NCBI GenBank assembly: GCA_010909165.1
Contig: MU008181.1
Location: 372,001-436,000, forward strand
Origin: Anthoceros angustus
Taxonomy: Eukaryota; Plantae; Anthocerotophyta
DNA length: 64,000 nt
Direction: 5' to 3'
The position numbers were made by a program, and so were the translations under genes. How positions within the stretch are numbered: position 1 is the stretch's first letter; each line of letters starts with the position of its first letter. Shown here in pieces: positions 56,718 to 64,000 of this stretch. The notes under the pieces were generated by a model, which saw only the letters and a list, made by a program, of their open reading frames with translations, was not told where the DNA came from and ran no database searches.

Positions 56718-58386
56718 ATGGAGGTGGATGGTCCCGCAAGAGCTGGGAGCAAGCGCGTTTTGAGAGTGGGCAACTCGGGCGGTAGGGTTTGCCACTACTG
56801 GCAGGAGGGCAGATGCCTCAAGGGAGACGATTGCACCTTCCTGCACCCCGGGAGCCCCGGGACTACGGGCAGGGGAGCGGGGAATGGCGTGCAGGCCAGG
56901 CTGGGGAGGCCGCGAGGTGCCAAGGCTGGGGGAGGCAGGGGAGGGTTTGCCACCTCGCAGCGGAGGACCAAGGACAGGGTATGTTCTTATTTCATCAAGG
57001 GGGATTGCATCAAGGGCGACCAGTGCAACTATCTGCACGCCCACACCACTTGCCCCGGAGTGACCTTGATGACCATGCTCAATGGGCATGAGAAGGTGAG
57101 TTGTGTGGAGATGATGTTGGTTCAGAAGCGTCGGGGCTGGCTTTCTCTGGCTGGAGCTTATTAGGGCTCACAGGTGGAAGTGCTTCTTGTGTATTCGACT
57201 GCAGGCTGTGAGGGCAATTGCTTTGCCAGCTGGTTCATCCATGCTGTATACTGGAGGGCAGGATGAGACAGTGAGGGTATGGGATTGTACAACAGGGCAA
57301 TGTACGACTGTGGTGTCAATGGGGGGGGATGTGGGGGCCCTGATCACCGAGGCGGGATGGCTGTTCGTGGGGCTGCCGAACGAGGTGAAGGTGAGTGTTG
57401 GAGGCATCAGGTTTTGTGCGTTTTGGTGGGGTTGCTGGCAGCTGTTCCTTCTCCGTTGTTGACCTTTTGCTGGGTGCTGGGTGTTTGCAGACATGGAATA
57501 TGCAGACCTCGGCGCAGCAGAGTCTGCCTGGGTCTTTTGGGCAGGTTCATGCCCTTGCGATCAACACTGACGTGTTGTTTGCTGGGACCCAAGATGGGTT
57601 GATCGTTGCCTGGAAATTTAGTCCCACCAGCAACTCTTTTGAACCTGCGGCGACATTTGTCGGGCATACGGGGCCTGTCATCACTCTTGCTGTCGCTGGC
57701 GGGCGGCTGTACTCGGGGTCGATGGACAAGTCCATCAGGGTGTGGGATCTCGCCACCGGAAGCTGCTTGCAGGACTTTCAGGCTCACACGAATGTGGTCA
57801 TGGGTCTGCTCTGTTGGGAGCAATTTCTGCTCTCCTGTTCGCTTGATGGGACAATCAAAGTAAGTCATGGAGTTAATGTAAGTTCGTGCTGCGGGACGTG
57901 GCTCCTCTGGTTGATGATCTGGCCTTTGCAATCTTTCGTTGTGCTAACTCACGTGTTTCCACCTCAGGTCTGGGCTGCCAATTCTGCTGGCTCGCTTGAA
58001 GTCACGTACACACATCCAGAAGACGGAGAAACGTCCGCGTTGCAGGGTGCACTTAGTATATGTGGTTTCGTCGATCCTGATAACAAGCCCGTTTTGCTGT
58101 GCTCCTACAACGACAACTCAGTCAGGCTGTTTGACCTCCCCACGTACGTGTCCCTCCACATGCACACCTTCATCTTCCCGAATCACACCTTGTTTGTCAC
58201 ACGGGCCATCCTGCAATACCAACTGTGGCAATCATGTACATCCGCAGGTTTACTGAACGAGGATCCTTGTTCTCAAGGGAGGAAGTCCGGTCATTGGCAG
58301 TGGGCCCTGGTGGATTGCTGTTTTCTGGTGACAGCCATGGCGCTGTTAAAATATGGAGATACCAAAAGGCTGTGGAAAACTCGTGA
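56718..58386 (+). CDS. ZFWD-type CCCH zinc finger plus WD40 protein, multi-exon
   Basis: Two CCCH fingers (CHYWQEGRCLKGDDCTFLH; CSYFIKGDCIKGDQCNYLH) followed by WD40 repeats (LYTGGQDETVRVWD, LYSGSMDKSIRVWD, LLSCSLDGTIKVW); ends AVKIWRYQKAVENS*. Confidence 0.93.
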
Positions 58387-59269
58387 CCACCGACAAGGAG
58401 CTAGCTAGAGTTTAGCCTCACACCCCTGTGAATATGACACCGCATTGGTGTCGAGTTAGAGCAGAAAAAGGCTTCGAGCGGGACTGGCGAAACCTCGGCG
58501 ATTGTCGGGAATGCCACGTGTATCATCTGAGTTAGAGAAAACCTGCCTTTCAAACAAAAGGCAAAAGAGCGTGCTTGGCACTTGTACATACATGTAGTCG
58601 AATGAATCTTGCAACCGTTGCATCGCCTTCAACGACGCAACGTCCCAAATTGGGACTTGGGCACTCTCTGCAGCAGATCATGCCCTAAAAAATTCATATT
58701 TTCTGGTAGATCCGTTTAGCTTTGGAAGCTGTGTCTTTGCATGTCGTAAACAAAAAAGTTGGACACAGGATTCGGCCATACCCAATGCCATGAGGGTGAG
58801 GAGCTGTTGCTGAAACTGGAGGCGTGGAGACAACAAGAGAAGGCGAGGGTCTATGGACCTGCTCTTTCGTCTCGCGGCTTTTTTAGGTCAGTCTGTTTCT
58901 GACCCTGTGGCTTGACAATATCCGAGCCAAGCTCGATATGGAACAGGCTGCCAGGACTGAGGTCCAGCCTCAAGAAGCTCCCGCTCGCCGCATGGTTTCT
59001 GCAAGGTCCTTCCCTTTCGATTCACGTCGCACTCTGCCACCCTGCAAGGTCCAAGGCCTGTCGATCCGTGAACCCTCCCAGCAGTTGGGGAGCATGCAAG
59101 ACTACCACACCAGGTAGCCTTTGCAGTCATAGCCAAGGCTTGCGCGAGGCCATGAGCACAGCACATCTCACACCAGTCTCCATCCATGCCTCCACTCCAT
59201 TAGCGGCATGGCCCCTGTCCGACATTAGCGTCCGCTGGCCTCATGTGGCCGGTGCCTCCAGAAAATGAA

Positions 59270-61870
59270 AGCTCTGAACAAACATTTTCCATCCCATTAA
59301 ACATGAATGATCTTGTATTCATTTGGTTGCAATATTTTCCTATCAATGGGTGATGTGAAACTCTATGAAACAACCTTTGATTTTGCTGCATTGCGTCCAT
59401 GTGGGATCTTTGCAAGTGTGAAACTCTTTGAAACAACCTTCGATTTCGCTGCACTGCGTTCATGTGGGATCTTTGCAAGTTTGAAACTCTTAGAAACAAC
59501 CTTCGACTTCGCTGAACTAGTATTCGCCGCACTCTGTTCATATGGGATCTTGCGGATGTGCATCTCTTTGAAACAACCTTGGACTTTGCCGAACTAATAT
59601 TCGGTTCGTGTGTGATCTTTGCTTTTTTTTATGCACCAATATTGGCAAATCTTTCTTTGAATCAAAATCGGAAGGACGTAGTTTTCTCTTGGCGCTTGAT
59701 TGAACCATCTTTAAAAATATCATATGCCGTATATACAACACAAAAAATATCCCATCTACCAATTCCTTCTCCACACTCTCCCTGCTCTTCCTTTTCTTCT
59801 TCTACTCCTCCTGCGCACGAGATTTCAAAGAATCTCATGAGAGACACAACTTGGAAGCCTACTGTATAGACTACCTAGGTGGACTGGCCATAGCATACAT
59901 ATGTAGAATTCATCTATCCTCCCATTGGCAAAGCCCTAACTCAGATCTAGATGTGGCAGGCAAGACTGGATCGGGCAAAATTGACGTCTCTGATCTCTCA
60001 TACAACCCATCATCCGAACATGCATTATTAATCCTTCACATTATTAAATACAGATTAAGCCCATGTCGCAACTTCTTACAAGATGAAAGTTGTTTCAAAT
60101 GTCCTTCAAATACTGTGGTCACTTTCATAAAGGCTGCTGAATTTTTATTACAAATATTTTGTGATAAATAATACGATAGATGGCCATAGTAATGGACAAG
60201 ATTCCAAATTATGCTGCTCATTTGCAAAATAATGATATGCTAAAATCATACTCAGTTGGTTAATTCCGTACTAGATCCCATCACCTGAGGATCGAGACTG
60301 ACCGTTGGCTTAAGCCCGTGCCTCCTCACTTCTCAGGAAGAGAACTTATTTGCAAGATCTGTTCCCTAAGTCTTGTAAGGAGGGGTGTGTGCAAACAGCT
60401 CTTTCCCGTCAATAAGCATTGCCAACAAAGTACTTTCTTTGTTTAGCCGAGGGAGCTGGTAGAGCAGAGGATGTTATCTTCATAGAGGTCTGAGTTTGTC
60501 TTCGCCAATGTGAAGGATCAGCCAAGGCTGGCTGAAAAATGTAGAAGAGTAGGGGTCCCTCTTGCCAAGTCTAAGTGGGAAGCATCATTCAGATCTTCTC
60601 TACATTCCTACTGAATTTGTCTAGTCCTGTTGCTTAGAGCAGGCCTTCTACAGCATTTGTCCATTTAAGAAGAAGAAAAATTTTATTTAAGTCCACTAAG
60701 GATGGATTTCTGTCAAGGATAAGCTTGCAGTTGTATGCTATTTTCATTTGTGTGTGTATGGAAAGTGACATCATTATTGATGGGCATTGCGTGTGTGTGT
60801 GTTGAGAAGTTGTATTGACAGTGATCAAGGCTCTTGTTTACAGGCCTCGCACATAAGGAATTCCCCATTTTTCCTCATCCTACATTTGGAACAAGTGCGT
60901 GATCGGTGGTTCCTCATTGTGTCCAATTAGTTGCCTCAACAGTGTGTTCGTTAAGCCACGAGAGTCGTATGGAAGTCAGAAGGCATTGTCTGAAGTATTT
61001 GGCTCCTCAACAGTACCAAAAGAGGAGTCGAAACACTTAACCTAGAGGGTTTGAGGAGTTGTGGCCACACCCTTTTTCAAATCAATCTTTTCATAGTCTA
61101 GAATGTGAAATGTATTTCCTATTCTATTGCTTATGTGGGCATTCAGACTCAATTCTCTTGTCTTTTTTAGTGTACTAGTTTTCCCTTGCACAAATTTCTT
61201 TCTTTTTGTATCCCTAAGCTCTCTAGATTTTGTCTTTATGAGCTTTTGGACCATTGGCAAGCCTTGTTGGACCAGTTCTTATAACTTTTGCCTTTGTATT
61301 CATCTTTTATAACTTTTCCCTCTTTTATCTGAAATAACTACCATCTGTGTAGTTCATACGTACATATGTGTACTATGCTTTTCACCTCTTTCACGCTATA
61401 CTATTTATGTCCCATGGTGGTCCTTCCACCCTTAGTGGACATAAATAGAGTTATTGTTGTTGTTGGTCTCTAAGATGAGGTGTCACATGGAATGCTTATG
61501 TTTTGATAATTTTAAGTCTCAATGGGATCTCATTTTGTTGTGTATCTCCCGTGCTCTCCCGTGCTTGCGATATAGATTGCTTGGCATTTTTGTATGTCCA
61601 CAGGTTAAGGACATTTATCTTGTACGAAAATCAAAATAGAATACAGGAGTGCTAAGTTATAAATGTGTGTCTAAATGGCTTAGGCCAAATGGATGCACAT
61701 TTATAAGAACATGATTAATAGCTATTGCCCTTGACTCGGTATTTAGATAGGGTGTCTAGAGGGAGTAGATGCCCTTGGTACTAGTAGTTTAGGTACACCA
61801 GGGGACAAGATGTTCGGTACAAGTTCCATGATAAGAAAATTCTATCAAATTCCATCCGAGTGGACTAGAA
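59270..61870. other. AT-rich degenerate region, possibly a decayed transposon or gene
   Basis: Clear drop in GC relative to the flanks, only broken ORFs, internal tandem repeat; no recognisable domain. Confidence 0.35.
59356..59620. repeat. about 63 bp tandem repeat, about 4 diverged copies
   Basis: gaaactct(a/t)tgaaacaacctt(t/c)ga(t/c)tt(t/c)gctg...tgggatctt units at about 59356, 59419, 59482 and 59560. Confidence 0.85.
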
Positions 61871-62522
61871 TTCTTGTTCTATACGGGGACCGACACATGC
61901 AGGTCCCCGGGTTCCTGGCACCGGCAACCCAGCGACGGTGGCGGCCGGCGATGGAGCGGACGGATGACTGCTGTTAGTTTGTGCGGAGATTCAGCACCTG
62001 CCGCTGAAAGGGTTGCTGGAGCAAGCGAGCGAAGATGGGCAATTCGGAGGTTCGCAGTTGTATACATTCTAGCACTTCGTTGTCAGGCATCCATGGAAGG
62101 GCCAAACTTGTGCCGGCAGGGTCCTGACGTCAGGGAATTGCAGGAAGACAAGCACTACTTTTCGAGGATGCGTGAGTGGGGATGCGGCACAAGAGTCCTG
62201 GCAGCGGAAGCACCTCGTCTCCGGCATTGGAGAATGGCGTAAGCCTCCTTAGAGGTTCAAGGAACTCAAGCCGGCAGCTGATCAAAGATGCCAAACTTAC
62301 GGAACGTGAGACACATGCATCCACTGGAGCGCACATGGCTTGCACATGGAACCTGGAGCACACGAGGGGGGAAGCACATCCACCATGAGAGAATCCTGTA
62401 CAGCACTGGGACCAAGCTCAGTTCACCAAACCGCTCTAAGATCAGAGCCTGCCAGGAGGGTCCAGAAACTGCTGCAGAGATAAAGAACGGAGGACGTACA
62501 ACCAGGTGGTTATGGATATAGC

Positions 62523-64000
62523 TCATACGACCAGGTTTACGTCGCCCCCGGGATTGCACAACTTCCCCGCGACCTTCAGCATCTCATCCACCTCCACAAT
62601 TTTCTCTCTCGGCTTTCCCTTCAAGCCTCCCAGTTCCCGCTCCTTTTCATCGATTTTAGCCCAATCTTGGAAGGAAATTGTTGCGGTGCCCTTTTCTTCT
62701 AGAATGCTCTGCAAGCCCTGCCCTCCTCCTTTCAGAGGAAGGGGTTCTGAACCTAGCAAGCCTGTCTTATGGTCCTCCACAATAGCCTCGATCTGTAAGC
62801 AAGAGTTCTCCTCTATTCAGATATCTCGAGATAAGTGGTCTGTAGATAAGAGAATGCCATAAGAGGGGTAAGACTTACCGTTTCCTCCGCACAAGTCAGG
62901 TTGGTCCCGATGATCCCTGTGGGACCCCTCTTGAGCCAGCCAACCACATAAAGGCCGCCTTCAGTCGAGGTCTCATCCTTCTGATTGGCGAGCACTCGAC
63001 CAAAAACATTCGGGATGACCCCTGATGACAGCCACCATTCATTGCTTCAGCCACTGCCATTCATGCCAAGGAGCATAACTGCAAGCAGGCAGAAACAGGA
63101 AAGGACAGACAAACCTCGTTTTTCATCAAAAGGCACTCCAGCAACTGGTATGGACTTGTAGCCAATGCTCTTCAGCACCAGCCTAATCAGTACAGTCCTT
63201 GTGTTTAAGATTCCACATCATGGGCATCACAGTTGATTCGAAAAGAGAAGGAGAAATGAGAGACACAAGACGCACCCTGCTTTGATTTCTTCAAATTCTC
63301 CTGTACCAACCGCGATTTGGCCACCACCTTCGTGTCTCTCTGCCATTGACAGATAAAAATACTCAAAATCACCACAATGCATGCAACAACGAGGACAGGT
63401 ACATGTTAATATATGACGAAGACGGAATACTCACTGAGAACCGACTTCTCCAGGCTCACCCCGCCGACCCTTCGGCCATTACCTGAGGGGAGTATCACAT
63501 GTGGGGCTCTGAAAAACACGAAGTCAAGTTTCTTATCGACCTCTGATGCGTTCTTGTTGGCAGCAGCTTTGCAGAAAAGCTCGTATACACGCTTGTGGCT
63601 TCGACTGGCTTTCATCTCTGCCTGCAGGCAATAACACCGGCTGCACAGGCAGCCTTGATGTCAATTTCCAAGGCTGCCTTGCTACACATCCCTTGGAATA
63701 GTACCAAGGGCGGCAATCATGAGCAAGCAGAGGAAGAGGTCATTAGTGCACCGAGTCCATGGCAGAGGTAGATAAATCCTGCTCTTGTACATTCACCTCC
63801 AAGTCTTTCATTCCTTCAGTTCAACGTTTCCTACTGTGAGGATGTCAGCACATAAGAAATGTAAAAGTTCAGCATAATCACACAACATACACTAGGCGCA
63901 ATGACCAGAAGCAACACCGCATGCATTCCAGCTGATGGTCAGCACAGACGAATTACCAAGAAGCTCACGGAGCTCTTTGGCAGTGCAAGCAGCTTGAACA
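62523..64000 (-). CDS. MFDR: NADPH:adrenodoxin (mitochondrial ferredoxin) oxidoreductase, 3' part, multi-exon
   Basis: VQAACTAKELRE, LDFVFFRAP, LVLKSIGYKSIP..GVPFD, GLYVVGWLKRGPTGIIGTN..CAEETV, W.KID..E..LG...GKPREK. Confidence 0.93.

Noticed and set aside
1-64000. tRNA, rRNA or snoRNA genes
   Set aside because: No convincing cloverleaf or rRNA signature seen by eye; tRNAscan-SE and Infernal would be needed to exclude small intronic RNAs.

Overview
Gene-dense nuclear DNA from a non-seed land plant, with short introns (about 70-200 nt) and many head-to-head gene pairs. PLS-type PPR proteins with long L repeats and a PGxSWW box, plus the compact layout, point to a hornwort (Anthoceros-like); this is an inference. 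Genes in order: two convergent PLS-E PPR RNA-editing factors lacking a catalytic DYW domain; intronless eIF2B-gamma; PATROL1/Munc13-like; MOB1; a plastid-type ABCB half-transporter; a VTI1 SNARE; DET2; a small secreted 12-Cys protein; a CAS-like rhodanese protein with a large acidic Gly-rich repeat expansion; an EMB2654-like P-class PPR; a divergent TORNADO1-like LRR-Roc-COR gene; a decayed MULE-type transposon with long TIRs; a fragmented UBP14 duplicate; TEX10/IPI1; an intronless cyanobacterial-type VanY/M15B D,D-carboxypeptidase with a transit-peptide-like N-terminus; UBP14; a ZFWD CCCH-WD40 gene; an AT-rich degenerate region; and the 3' part of adrenodoxin reductase. The most notable items are the M15B peptidoglycan peptidase, the LRR-Roc-COR gene beside the MULE/UBP14 rearrangement, the PPR repeat shuffling and the CAS-like repeat expansion. 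Exon boundaries were read by eye and family assignments come from recalled motifs; no database searches were run.
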